Of a stretch of DNA of 64,000 bases, positions 1 to 11,709 are shown in pieces. The position numbers were made by a program, and so were the translations under genes. Source of the stretch: Candidatus Multivoradales bacterium (GTDB lineage Bacteria > Acidobacteriota > Thermoanaerobaculia > Multivoradales > JAHEKO01). The notes under the pieces were generated by a model. The model was not told the origin of the DNA, made no database searches, and saw nothing but the letters and a program-made list of their open reading frames with translations. The DNA lies in assembly GCA_965223855.1 (NCBI GenBank), contig CBDCXM010000009.1:832001-896000 (forward strand), in the 5' to 3' direction. How positions within the stretch are numbered: position 1 is the stretch's first letter; each line of letters starts with the position of its first letter.

Positions 1-58
1 GTGTCACCAGCGGCGCCAGCGCCACGGCGAGCGGGATTTCGGGACGTCCCTGCACCCG

Positions 59-1237
59 TCAGCCCGCCAGCGCCCGGCCGAGATCGGCGATCAGCTCGTC
101 CGGCTCCTCGAGGCCGATCGACAGCCGCACCAGTCCGGGAGGCAGCCCGTGGCGCTCGAGCGCCGCCTCGTTGCCGCCGCGGTTGGGCGCCAGCACGAGG
201 CTCTCGACCCCTCCCCACGAGACGCCGATGCGGAACAGGTCCAGGGCATCGACTGTCCGTGCGACGTTGACGGTGCTGCCGTCCTCGAGCTCGAAGGCGA
301 GGAGGCCCGAGCAGCCGGACAGACTCGTCCTGGCGGCATCCGCGTTCGCGGCGAGGGCCGGGTGAAAGACCGTCCGCACCGCAGGATGTCCTGCGAGGAA
401 GCGCGCCACGGCGATCCCCGAGGCGTGGTGACGCTCCATCCTCACCGGCAGCGTCCGCAGGCCGCGTTGCAGCAGGAAGGCGTCCCACGGCGCCAGCGTC
501 GCGCCGCCCAGCAGGAAGCCGCGCTCGAAGATCGCCCGTACGCGGTCGCGGGCACCGACGACCGCGCCCGCCACCACGTCGCTGTGGCCGCCGATGTACT
601 TGGTCGCAGAGTGCACCACCAGGTCGATCCCCGCCTCGAGCGGCTTCTGGAAGAGCGGCGACGCCCAGCTGTTGTCGTGCACCGTCACCGCGCCGTGGAC
701 GCGGGCGAGCGCCGCCACCGCCGGCAGATCGACGAGCCGCATCAGCATCGTGCCGGGGCTCTCGATCCACACCAGCCGGGTGTTCGGGCGCAGCGCCGCC
801 TCGACGGAGGCCGGCGCGACGTCGAGCAGCAGGTCGTGCTCGACGCCGAAGCGCTCCAGGTGGCGGGCGAGCTGCAGCGTCGGGCCGTAGGTCTGGTTGA
901 CGAACAGCACGTGGTCGCCGGCAGCGAGCAGCGACACCAGCACGGCGTGGATCGCCCCCATGCCGGAGCCGAAGCACTTCGCCTCTTCACCGCGCTCGAG
1001 CCGCGCCAGCTTGTCCTCGAGCGCTTGCACCGTCGGATTGCGGCCGCGGGTGTAGACCGGGCGCTCGAACTCGGCGGCGAGCCCGGCGGCGAGCTCGGCA
1101 TGCGACGGCTGGGCGAACAGAGAGGTCTGCACCACCGGCGGTGCCAGGGCACCCCCCTGCGCCGCCAGATCCTCCTCGTGACCGAGGCAGATCCGGACGT
1201 CGACGGGGTCGATCCGCGGCGTCCACTCGGAAGGCAT
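59..1237 (-). CDS. PLP-dependent trans-sulfuration enzyme (cystathionine gamma-synthase/beta-lyase/methionine gamma-lyase family)
   Basis: YTRGRNPT, FGSGMGAI, HDNSWASP, PLP-lysine motif HSATKYIGGHSD, C-terminal LVRLSIGLE. Confidence 0.9.
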   Translation of the reverse strand: MPSEWTPRIDPVDVRICLGHEEDLAAQGGALAPPVVQTSLFAQPSHAELAAGLAAEFERPVYTRGRNPTVQALEDKLARLERGEEAKCFGSGMGAIHAVLVSLLAAGDHVLFVNQTYGPTLQLARHLERFGVEHDLLLDVAPASVEAALRPNTRLVWIESPGTMLMRLVDLPAVAALARVHGAVTVHDNSWASPLFQKPLEAGIDLVVHSATKYIGGHSDVVAGAVVGARDRVRAIFERGFLLGGATLAPWDAFLLQRGLRTLPVRMERHHASGIAVARFLAGHPAVRTVFHPALAANADAARTSLSGCSGLLAFELEDGSTVNVARTVDALDLFRIGVSWGGVESLVLAPNRGGNEAALERHGLPPGLVRLSIGLEEPDELIADLGRALAG

Positions 1238-1270
1238 CGTCGGATCGTAGCGCTTCGGCCTTCTCCGCCC

Positions 1271-1693
1271 TCAGGCGTCCCTGGTCTGCTCAGGCTGCGA
1301 TTCCCCGAGCCTGAGGCCTTCCATCTCCATGCGAACCAGTAGGGCGCAAGCTGCAACTGGAGAGCGGAAGCGGGCGTGAAGTGCGCGCCCTGATTCGGAG
1401 GCTCTGTAGAGAAGCCAGTGGTCCCCGCTCTCCTCGAGACCCCAGGACGGTGTCCAACGCTTGTCCTCGGACAACCGCAACCACTCCTCGATCAGTGTCT
1501 GGTCTCGTCGCAGAACTGCCTCGATCGCGTCCTGGGTGATCTCCGAGTGGTGCAGGTCGTACCCGGCTTCTTCATAGATCTGGCGCGGCGTCATCTCGTG
1601 CTCGCTCCGATAGCGGCGAGCAAACTCGCAGATCCTGTTGATGGTGTCGTCGAGCATTCGATAGAGGTCACCTGTGCTTGCTCCGACGGGCAC
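1271..1693 (-). CDS. Hypothetical protein
   Basis: 140-aa ORF with protein-like composition filling the gap between two clear genes; start uncertain; no family recognised. Confidence 0.6.
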   Translation of the reverse strand: MPVGASTGDLYRMLDDTINRICEFARRYRSEHEMTPRQIYEEAGYDLHHSEITQDAIEAVLRRDQTLIEEWLRLSEDKRWTPSWGLEESGDHWLLYRASESGRALHARFRSPVAACALLVRMEMEGLRLGESQPEQTRDA

Positions 1694-1809
1694 CCGAATC
1701 GTAGCCCGTAGTGATTTGCGTCAGGATCAGATGCTGGCGGGTTTCGTCGCCGATGACGAAAGGACGAGTAGAGCCCGCGCGGGCGGAGGGGCCGGGGACT
1801 TTCCTGGGC

Positions 1810-3675
<1,866 letters not shown>

Positions 3676-3773
3676 GGGACCGGGAACCCTATCGCACGCG
3701 CTGCGGTAGCCTCGCCGGCGACATGAATGGAGCGCGAACGCCGAGGTCGGGCCCCTGCCGGAGGCGGTCGGCG

Positions 3774-4739
3774 ATGGCGACGGTCCTGCTTGGCGTGCTG
3801 CTCGGCGTCCTGCTCTTCGGCCTGCCGCCGGGAGAGGCAGCGGCCGATCCGCTGCCTGCCGCCGACGAGCACCGGGTCGATCTCGGCAGCCACCGACTCC
3901 ACGCCGTCGTTCGCGGCAGCGGTACGCCGGTGCTGGTGTTCGACACCGGCATGGGAGACGCCCAGGAGGCGTGGGGCGACCTGCCCGCCGCGCTGGCAGA
4001 GCTGACGACCGTCGTCACCTACGATCGCGCCGGGCTCGGTGGCTCCGAAGCCGGCCCCGAGCCGCGCGATGCGATCGCGGTGACGGACGATCTGCGGGCG
4101 CTCCTGCAGGCGCTCGAGCTCGACCCTCCGTGGATACTGGTCGGGCACTCGCTCGGCGGCCTTCACATCAGCGTCTTTGCCGACCGGTTTCCGCACGAGG
4201 TAGCCGGCCTCGTGTTTCTCGACCCGACGACGAAGGGGATGCTGCAGAGCGTCCTGACCGAGGAGGGCCAGGCCGACGTGATGAGGCAACTCGAGGGCGA
4301 GAGCGAAGGGCTGCTCGCCGAGGCGCGCGGTGTGCCGGCACGGGTGCGCCGCCTCGCCGAGTGCGGCCCGCCTCCCGACGTCCCGGCCGTGGTCGTGAGC
4401 GCCGCCGCGCCTCCGGTGCTGCCCGAGGAGATGCGCGAAGAGGCCGCTGCCGCAGGCGTGACCCAGGAGCGGCTCGACGAGCTGCACCGGCTCAAGCTCA
4501 GCCTCCACGCCGAGCTGGCGGCCGGCTTCCCACGAGGCGGTCATCGTCGCGTCGACGATGCCCATCACTACGTACACCTCGATCGTCCGGAACTGGTTCG
4601 CGACGAGATCGCCGCGGTCGTCTCTCGAATCTGTGCCTCGCTCGCCCCCGGTGCGGCCTCCCCCGGGGTTCTGCAGCCGATGGACCGCGGGCGAAGTCAG
4701 GTCAGGCAGCGTCCGCCGGTTTCGGGAGACAATGGCTCC
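3774..4739 (+). CDS. Secreted alpha/beta hydrolase; no stop codon before the in-frame DUF3224-like domain
   Basis: Signal-like N-terminus, YDRAGLG, nucleophile GHSLGG, HYVHLDRPE; reading frame stays open to 5144. Confidence 0.75.
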
Positions 4740-5144
4740 ATGAAGACCGCCACCGGAACCTTCGAGGTCGAGCTGCGGCCCCTCGACCCCTACAACCAGG
4801 ATCCCGAGGCCAAGATCGGCCGCATGTCGATCGACAAGACCCTCGCCGGCGACCTCGTCGCCACCGGCAAGGGAGAGATGGTGAGCGGCGGTTCCCCCGC
4901 GGAAGGATCCGCCGGCTACGTCGCCATGGAGCGGATCACCGGCACTCTCCACGGCCGCGCGGGAAGCTTCCTGCTCCAGCACTCGGCGACCATGACCCCG
5001 GAGACTCAGCAGGCGACGATCACTGTCGTCCCCGGATCCGGCACCGGCGAGCTCTCGGGCCTCGCCGGCACCTTCGTCATCCGGATCGAGGACGGCGCGC
5101 ACTTCTACGACTTCGAGTACTCCCTGCCGTCGTCGTCGGACTGA
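4740..5144 (+). CDS. DUF3224-like beta-barrel protein
   Basis: MKTATGTFEV, GSAGYVAMERITGTLHGRAGSFLLQH, VVPGSGTGELSGLAG; own ATG at 4740 with GACAAT 6 nt upstream. Confidence 0.8.
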   Translation: MKTATGTFEVELRPLDPYNQDPEAKIGRMSIDKTLAGDLVATGKGEMVSGGSPAEGSAGYVAMERITGTLHGRAGSFLLQHSATMTPETQQATITVVPGSGTGELSGLAGTFVIRIEDGAHFYDFEYSLPSSSD

Positions 5145-5177
5145 TCGACGGGGATCGAGAGCGGAGTCCGGCGGCCG

Positions 5178-5480
5178 GTGCAAATGGCGAGCACGGTCTT
5201 CGGCTGGCCCGCAGTCGCCACGTCGACGGCGCTGATGGCGGCCGGCCTCACGAGGCGCGAAGGCGGGTGGTGCGTGGCGAGTGCCGTCGTCCTGTCGCCC
5301 TTCGCTTTCTACCTGGGAGGCCAGCCGCTGACGCCGTGGGGCTACCTGCTTCCGGCCCTGCCGTTGATCGGCGCCGCGACGGCACGCCGCCGCCCGCAGG
5401 TCGGGTGGCTGTGCCTCGGGGCGATCGTCCTGGTCGCGATCTGGCTGGCATGGCGGGTGTTCGCGAGCCCTGTCGGCTGA
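5178..5480 (+). CDS. Small integral membrane protein
   Basis: About 100 aa with 3-4 hydrophobic segments. Confidence 0.6.
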   Translation: MQMASTVFGWPAVATSTALMAAGLTRREGGWCVASAVVLSPFAFYLGGQPLTPWGYLLPALPLIGAATARRRPQVGWLCLGAIVLVAIWLAWRVFASPVG

Positions 5481-5561
5481 GCGAGTGCCTCTCCAGCGAG
5501 GGGTGGCGGGGTGACCGCTGTGAAGCGCGAGACAGGGCCGGACGGATGGGTCGGCTAGGTT

Positions 5562-6569
5562 GTGAAGGTGTTCCTTCGAGCCTCTCTGTTCTGGGTGGTC
5601 TGGCTGGCCGTGTCGCTCCTCGCGACTGCGGCTCCGGGCGGTGACGGCTCTTCGCTGACGTTCTTCGTCAACGACCCGTTCGACTCGGACTACGGTCAGA
5701 TCCTCGACCTGCCGCCGACCTTCGGTACGGGGGAGTTCACCCTCGAGCTGTGGATTCGTCCCGACGACAGCTTCCCGGTCGGCGACACCAGCTGCTGCGC
5801 CGGACAGCGCCTCAACTGGTCGGACGCCGACGTCGAGCCCTATTCCAGCGGCAGCTGGTGGTTCACCGGCAACTTCCTGCTCGACGGCCACAACAACGTC
5901 GACTTCGCGAGCGGCACCTTCTCGCTCCAGTTCTACGGCAGCGGCCGGGTGCGCTGGCTCTTTGGCGACGGCGCCTCACCGACCGGCGGCAACTGGTCGG
6001 TCGGCGCCTACCCGGCGACCGGCACCGCCTCGCTGCTGGACGGCAACTGGCACCACCTGACCCTGGTGCGGCGCTGGGAGGGAGCGAGCGCCGCCCGCCT
6101 CGAGTTGTGGGTGGACGGCCAGGCGGTCGCCGCCGAGATCACCCCGGTTCGCACCGACATGCAGGCCGCCTACTGGAGCGACTGGTCGGGCTTCCCGACC
6201 GGCCAGGAGGGATGGTTCTGGGGTGCCGAGAAGCAGGCGGCGATCGGCCTGCTCAGCCAGTACGAGGACTACAAGGGCCCGATCGACGAGCTGCGCTTCT
6301 GGGACCGGGCGAAGAGCCCCGGCGAGATCGGCACCGGCTGGAACCTCCCCGTCGACGGCACCGAGCCGGGCCTCGTCGGCTGGTTCCGCTTCAACGAGGG
6401 TGCCGGAGTCGTCACCTGCGATGAACTCACCCCGGCGCGCTGCATCGATCTGTTCGACATGAAGCCCGGCTACTGGTCCGACGACGAGCCGCCGCTCGGC
6501 GGCGGTGAGATCTTCAGCGACGGGTTCGAGAGCGGGGACGTCGGCGCCTGGTCGAACAGCGTTCCGTAG
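5562..6569 (+). CDS. Secreted LamG/concanavalin A-like domain protein with C-terminal IFSDGFESG tag
   Basis: Signal peptide; FTLELWIRP, DGNWHHLTLV, YKGPIDELRFWDRA, GLVGWFRFNEG; ends IFSDGFESGDVGAWSNSVP. Confidence 0.85.
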   Translation: MKVFLRASLFWVVWLAVSLLATAAPGGDGSSLTFFVNDPFDSDYGQILDLPPTFGTGEFTLELWIRPDDSFPVGDTSCCAGQRLNWSDADVEPYSSGSWWFTGNFLLDGHNNVDFASGTFSLQFYGSGRVRWLFGDGASPTGGNWSVGAYPATGTASLLDGNWHHLTLVRRWEGASAARLELWVDGQAVAAEITPVRTDMQAAYWSDWSGFPTGQEGWFWGAEKQAAIGLLSQYEDYKGPIDELRFWDRAKSPGEIGTGWNLPVDGTEPGLVGWFRFNEGAGVVTCDELTPARCIDLFDMKPGYWSDDEPPLGGGEIFSDGFESGDVGAWSNSVP

Positions 6570-6605
6570 CCGGCATAGAACGGAGTGCCGGTCCTCGAGA
6601 TCCGC

Positions 6606-7916
6606 CTACTGGATGGTGGTCGACCAGGCGGACGTGTCACCCGATTCGAAGCCGTCGGCGAAGATCTCGGCGCCGGACACCCGCTTGGCCTGTACGCTGG
6701 TGCCGGAGTTGTCGGAGCCGCTCGAGCCGCCGCTGGTCCACACGACGACTAGCCTTCCGGAGCCATCGGGACTCACGGCCGCTTCGAGCTGCTGCCCCGT
6801 TGAGTAGCTGTTGACCTGGAACTCCCCTCCGACCGGCAGCCAGTCGGCGTCGAAGCGCTGAGCCCTGATCGTGGAGAAGAACGAGCTGTCCCAGGCGACG
6901 AGGAACCCACCGGAACCGTCCGGAGCGATTGCCGGGCGGGCCTCGAAAGCCGACGTATAGGAGTTCACCTGGAACTGGGCCCCGATCGGGTCACCCTCGG
7001 CATCGAAGCGCTGGGCCTGGATGCTGTCGAGGAGGCCCTCGTTGCCGTACGAACCATCGCTTCGCCACGCGACGACGAAACCTGCGGCACCATCGGCGAT
7101 GACGGTCGGTTGCTCCTGGTCGCCGGTCGTATAGCTGTTGACTTGAAAAGGAGCTCCAGCGGGACTGCCGCCAGAGTCGAAGCGCCGCGCCTGGATGCTG
7201 AGGCCGTCGTCGTCGGTGCCGTGCGAGGCATCGCTTTGCCACACCACGACGAAACCGCCCGCGCCCACCTCGCTGACAGCCGGAAGCCGGTGGTAGTAGC
7301 TCAGGCTGGGGTCGTCGACCTGAAACTCGGGTCCCACCGTGTCGCCTTCGGAGTCGAAGCGCTGAGCCTTGATCCTCCGGACGGGGTCGTAGTAGCTGCC
7401 GATGTAGTACTGCCAGGCGACGACGAAACCGCCGGAGCCGTCCGGACTCACGGCCGGCGAGGACTGGTCGTAGAACGTGTCTGTGTTGACCTGAAAGTCG
7501 GCCCCGAGCGGACTGCCGTTCGCGTCGAAACGCCGCGCCTGGATGCTCCTCTCGTCGTTGTCGCTGCCGCTCGACCCGTAGCTCGCCCACACCACGACGA
7601 AGCCCCCGGAGCCGTCGGGGCTGACGGCCGGCAGAAACTGAAGGTCCGGAGTGTAGGTGTTGACCTGAAACTGAGTGCCGACCTCACCGCCGTCCGGGCC
7701 GAAGCGCTGACCCTCGATGCTCGAGAAAGAGCCGTCACCGCTCGGGCCGTCGCTCCGCCAAACGACGACGAAGCCGCCGGAACCGTCCACGCTCACTGCG
7801 GACTCCTGCTGGTCGTCCAGGGTCTCGCTGTTGACCTGGAACTCCTCGCCCACCGGGTGCTGGGCGATGGCCGGAGTGGAGCTGAGGAGCAGAGCGAAAG
7901 CACACCAGAGGCGCAT
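6606..7916 (-). CDS. Secreted repeat protein (seven FQVN...GGFVVxW repeats, probable beta-propeller) with C-terminal IFADGFESG tag
   Basis: SD GGAGG before ATG 7916; signal peptide MRLWCAF...AIA; seven repeats of about 55-60 aa; ends IFADGFESGDTSAWSTTIQ. Confidence 0.85.
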   Translation of the reverse strand: MRLWCAFALLLSSTPAIAQHPVGEEFQVNSETLDDQQESAVSVDGSGGFVVVWRSDGPSGDGSFSSIEGQRFGPDGGEVGTQFQVNTYTPDLQFLPAVSPDGSGGFVVVWASYGSSGSDNDERSIQARRFDANGSPLGADFQVNTDTFYDQSSPAVSPDGSGGFVVAWQYYIGSYYDPVRRIKAQRFDSEGDTVGPEFQVDDPSLSYYHRLPAVSEVGAGGFVVVWQSDASHGTDDDGLSIQARRFDSGGSPAGAPFQVNSYTTGDQEQPTVIADGAAGFVVAWRSDGSYGNEGLLDSIQAQRFDAEGDPIGAQFQVNSYTSAFEARPAIAPDGSGGFLVAWDSSFFSTIRAQRFDADWLPVGGEFQVNSYSTGQQLEAAVSPDGSGRLVVVWTSGGSSGSDNSGTSVQAKRVSGAEIFADGFESGDTSAWSTTIQ

Positions 7917-8115
7917 CGATTCCTCCCGTGAAGGCTTGCGACTTGCAGTCTTGCACACTCTGCGAGCAGTGTTCTGCGTTCGCCGAGTCATTCCCCGTCA
8001 GGCTTGCCGGACCTTCTGAAGGTTAGCTGGATTCCGTGCCATGAGACGCGAAGCAGATCGAGGAGCGAAAGCTGCGTCAGCTTCAAGTGGTCGTCGGCAT
8101 CGCCGACCGCAGCTC

Positions 8116-8166
8116 TCAGGCCCGGTCCCCTCGGTCAGGCCCGGCCCCTCGCTCAGGCCTGGCTCC
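8116..8166. repeat. Short imperfect intergenic tandem repeat (about 2.7 copies of an 18-19 bp unit)
   Basis: tcaggcccggtcccctcgg / tcaggcccggcccctcgc / tcaggcctggctcc. Confidence 0.6.
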
Positions 8167-8208
8167 AGTGCGATTCGAGCTAGCGAGTGCTGTCGGAAGA
8201 AATGACAG

Positions 8209-8805
8209 TCAGAGTTCCAGCAGCCTGACCTCATCGGGGCTCCCAATCAGCTCGGGTTCCCGCCCCCCATTTGCTCCGAAGATCCAGGCCTCGAGGCCGG
8301 GACCGGACTCGGCGAGAACCAGTCGCCGCCGGCCGTCGATCAGTAGGAAGCTCTCTTCGAGGCGCTCGGAGAGCTCCAGCCCGAGCAGCGCGTTGGCCAC
8401 CCGCGCCGCTGACGCTGCGCTGTGAAGGCCGCGCTCGAACGACTCGCGAGCCTCCGGATCGAGCCGATCGAAGAGCGGACCATGCCACCCGATCTGGATG
8501 TGGGGGTTGAAGCTCGCAAGGGAGAAGTAGACGCTGCCGTACAACGAGCCGGTATGAGAACCGGCCTCCAATTGCCGGCCGCGCTCGAGCTCTCCGGCGA
8601 GGGCCTCGGCCGGGCTGGCCTTGCCGTCCAGATGCAGCTCCAACGTTCTTCCCGTTTCGGCGCAGAAGCCGTCTTCGTCCAACTCGAGCTCGAACGGCGA
8701 GGTGTCGAACTCGAAGCCGGACTCTTCGAGCGTCGTCAAGAGCGCTCTGGGGAAGAGCGGTTGCTCCTCGCCTGGAAAGAGCAGGCATGTGTACCAGGAC
8801 GCCAA
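8209..8805 (-). CDS. Hypothetical protein
   Basis: 198-aa ORF with globular composition and typical codon usage; TTG start uncertain. Confidence 0.6.
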   Translation of the reverse strand: MASWYTCLLFPGEEQPLFPRALLTTLEESGFEFDTSPFELELDEDGFCAETGRTLELHLDGKASPAEALAGELERGRQLEAGSHTGSLYGSVYFSLASFNPHIQIGWHGPLFDRLDPEARESFERGLHSAASAARVANALLGLELSERLEESFLLIDGRRRLVLAESGPGLEAWIFGANGGREPELIGSPDEVRLLEL

Positions 8806-9231
8806 AGCCTGCTACCCGGCGTCCTCGAGAGTCGCCCCTGGCGTCTCCATCCACGGAAGCGCTCCTTCAGTCATCCTTGGTCCCCTGCTCTCCACGTTCG
8901 TGCGAGTCCCAGTCCGACCACATGTGACAACCCGCGTGCGCGCGGACCGGTGAGGGCGATCCGAGCATCAGTGTGGCGGCCCAGCTGGTAGAGAGCCGCC
9001 CGCATGGGCTGCGATTCACCGCGAGAGTCTAGCCCGGACTTGTCACGCCGGTGTGTCCTGGCAGGCCGTAGGTTGCTGAAGATACAAGGCTTCCGGTCGC
9101 GAGCACCGGAGACATAGCCGTAGCTACGTCGAGGAGCGCAGGGGCCGGAAAACGCAGTAGATTCAGTGACATACGGGCTGCCAGGGTGCATTGGCGTGAG
9201 AGGTTCGGGCTGGCTGCTCTAGACTGACCCG

Positions 9232-9648
9232 ATGCTGGCAGCTCTGGTCTATCTGCTGGGCGGCCTCGTCGCGGCGGCGCTCTTCACCGCCTGGGCAGGC
9301 GCTCCGACCCGTCGTCGCGGACGCGTCGTCTACGGCAGTGCGCTGGTCGTGGCGGCGGCGATCTATCTCGGCTTCGCGCTCGCGCGGGGCGCGGAGTGGG
9401 GCGCACGTGTGGACGAGACGATCGGTCTGCTGCTCTTCGGTGCCTTGGCCGCGGCCGGCGTCGCGCGCTATCCGTGGCTGCTGGCGGGCGGCTGGCTGCT
9501 CCACGTGCTGTGGGACATCGTCGTCCACCCGCTGGGGACGCCGACCTACGCTCCCGAGTGGTACCGCTGGGCCTGCCTCGGCTTCGACCTGCTGGTCGCC
9601 GGCCGGATCGCCGCCGGCCTCAGGCGGGACTCGCCGGCCGACGAGTAG
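9232..9648 (+). CDS. Membrane protein, DUF6010-like
   Basis: Hydrophobic; GWLLHVLWDIVVH and APEWYRWACLGFDL motifs; TAGACT 6 nt before ATG. Confidence 0.7.
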   Translation: MLAALVYLLGGLVAAALFTAWAGAPTRRRGRVVYGSALVVAAAIYLGFALARGAEWGARVDETIGLLLFGALAAAGVARYPWLLAGGWLLHVLWDIVVHPLGTPTYAPEWYRWACLGFDLLVAGRIAAGLRRDSPADE

Positions 9649-9663
9649 CCGCGGCCGGCACCG

Positions 9664-11670
9664 TCACCGCGCCGTGCCGCTCGAGGCGGTCGTCGCCTGC
9701 GGCCGCGGCGCGGTGCAACCGAGCAGGAACCTGCCGAGCCGGGTGTAGAAGTCGATCCTCGAAGCCTCGTCGCGGAACGAGTGCGCCACGTCCTCGTGCA
9801 CCACGAGCTCGACCTCCCGCCCGGCGCGCTCGAGCGCCTTGGCCAGCAGCGTCGAGTGCGAGACGCTCACCCGCTCGTCCTCCTCGCCGTGACCGAGAAA
9901 CACCGGCACCCGGATCCGATCGACGTTCTCGAGCGGCGAGGTCTCGCGCAGCCGCTCGCGGTCCTTGAGCGAGCCGCCGATGAGCGGCACGTTGATCTCC
10001 GAGAAGAGATACCCCTTGTCGTGGTTGAGCATCCTCACCAGGTCGCTCGGGCCGGCGTAGCTGGCGCCACAGCGGAACAGCTCCGGCGTCTTGACGAGCC
10101 CCATCAGCGCCGCGTAGCCGCCGTAACTGGCGCCGTAGATCGCCACCCGGTCGGGGTCGGCGACCCCGGTCTCGACGAGCCACCGGACGCCATCCGTGAG
10201 GTCGTCCTGCATCGCGAGCCCCCACTGCTGATGGCCGGCGGTCTCGTGCGCCGAGCCGTAGCCGGTCGAGCCGCGATAGTTGGGTTGCAGTACCGCGAAT
10301 CCGAGTGCGGCGAGGTACTGGGCGGGCGCGTCGAACCCGAGCACGTCGCGCACGCTCGGGCCGCCGTGCGGCATGATGATCGTCGGCAGCGGCCCGTCGA
10401 CCGGCGGCCGGGTGAGGATGGCCGGGATCTCCAGGCCGTCGCGCGCCGGGTAGGAGACCACCGCCACCTCCGACATGCGCAGGCCGGCCAGCATCGGATA
10501 GGACTCCGAGGCGAGGCTCAGCTCCTGCGCCTCGCGGCGGTAGAGGTAGTAGGTCGTCGGATGAACCGGGCTCGACGCCTCGACCAGGGCGACCTTGCGA
10601 TCGCGGCTCTGGCTGACGATGTCGGTGTAGCGCCCCCGCAGGGCGCCCGCCAGCGCCTGGTGCTCGGTGTGCGCCGTGTCGTCGAAGAAGTGTCGCTCCG
10701 GGCCGGCGGCGTAGTAGCCGGCCGCGGTCAGCACCCGGCGCTCGCGAGAGAACTCGAGCCAGCTCGGCACGTCGAAGCCGGGCGCCGCGAAGAGCTCTTT
10801 GCCGAGCCTTTCCTCGCCAAGGTGGTACTCGTAGAGCGCCATGAAACCGTCGTCGCGCTCCCGGCGGACGTAGATCAACCCCGGGTCGTACGAGAAGTCG
10901 ATGAACTCGAGTCCACCCTCTCCCTGGCCGTGGCGGGAGATCGTCTGCCATGGATCGCTCTCGGAGCGCCGGGCGACGAGGACGAAGTTTCCGTGCTCGT
11001 AGCCCGAGCCGGCGCGCACGACGCCGTCGTGGTCGGTGTACCAGTAGAGCACTCCGTCGACCGCCGTCACCACCCTCTCGAGGCCGCCCGTCTCGACCTC
11101 CATCCGGTAGACCGAGGGGTAGGCCTCGGTCGGCTTGCGGACGGTGATCAGCACATGGTCGGGGTCGTTCCGCAGCCAGTCGGTGATCCGGTCCTCGATC
11201 TGAAAGGAACCGCGGCCGAGCAGCAGGAACTTGCCCCAGTTGCGCGCCAGATGAGTGTAGTCGCTGCCGTCGCGGTTGACCGCGTAGAGACGGGTGCGGC
11301 GGGGTCGTGGAGGCGAGCGGCTCTCCATCGGCTCCTCGACGGCGAACAGCAGACGCTCGTCGTTGGCCCACCGCAGCCAGCGCAGCCGCGCCTCCGGATC
11401 GTCGAGGCCGACGATCGGTGAGGCCGCACCGCCGTCGAGAGGACGCACGACCACCCGCTCGGTGCCGTCGCTACTGAAGAGCGCCGCGGCATGGGTGCCG
11501 TCGGGCGAGATCGCTAGTTTCGACAGCGCGGGGCTGCGGAAGAACGCCTGAGCGAGGGTGGCCGGGTCCGGCGCGGCGGTGAGGACGGCGGGGGTGAACA
11601 GCAACAGCCCCAGACACCAACCGCCGAACCACCGACCCGGTCGGAAACCGGGGGGTGTCGAAGGAGGCAT
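9664..11670 (-). CDS. Secreted S9 family (prolyl oligopeptidase/acylaminoacyl) peptidase
   Basis: Signal peptide; PHGGP, NYRGSTGYG, nucleophile GASYGGY, EDERV, VAHSF. Confidence 0.92.
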   Translation of the reverse strand: MPPSTPPGFRPGRWFGGWCLGLLLFTPAVLTAAPDPATLAQAFFRSPALSKLAISPDGTHAAALFSSDGTERVVVRPLDGGAASPIVGLDDPEARLRWLRWANDERLLFAVEEPMESRSPPRPRRTRLYAVNRDGSDYTHLARNWGKFLLLGRGSFQIEDRITDWLRNDPDHVLITVRKPTEAYPSVYRMEVETGGLERVVTAVDGVLYWYTDHDGVVRAGSGYEHGNFVLVARRSESDPWQTISRHGQGEGGLEFIDFSYDPGLIYVRRERDDGFMALYEYHLGEERLGKELFAAPGFDVPSWLEFSRERRVLTAAGYYAAGPERHFFDDTAHTEHQALAGALRGRYTDIVSQSRDRKVALVEASSPVHPTTYYLYRREAQELSLASESYPMLAGLRMSEVAVVSYPARDGLEIPAILTRPPVDGPLPTIIMPHGGPSVRDVLGFDAPAQYLAALGFAVLQPNYRGSTGYGSAHETAGHQQWGLAMQDDLTDGVRWLVETGVADPDRVAIYGASYGGYAALMGLVKTPELFRCGASYAGPSDLVRMLNHDKGYLFSEINVPLIGGSLKDRERLRETSPLENVDRIRVPVFLGHGEEDERVSVSHSTLLAKALERAGREVELVVHEDVAHSFRDEASRIDFYTRLGRFLLGCTAPRPQATTASSGTAR

Positions 11671-11709
11671 GGCCAACAGTCTATCGGCTCCGTTCGGGAG
11701 AGAGCGCCG

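Noticed and set aside
6510-6665. Imperfect inverted repeat resembling mobile-element ends
   Set aside because: Explained by two convergent genes that both end in the FxDGFESG tag; no transposase or target duplication.
6720-7860. Periodic DNA repeats that could mimic a CRISPR array
   Set aside because: Degenerate in-frame protein repeats with a period of about 170-180 bp; no identical repeats with unique spacers and no cas genes.
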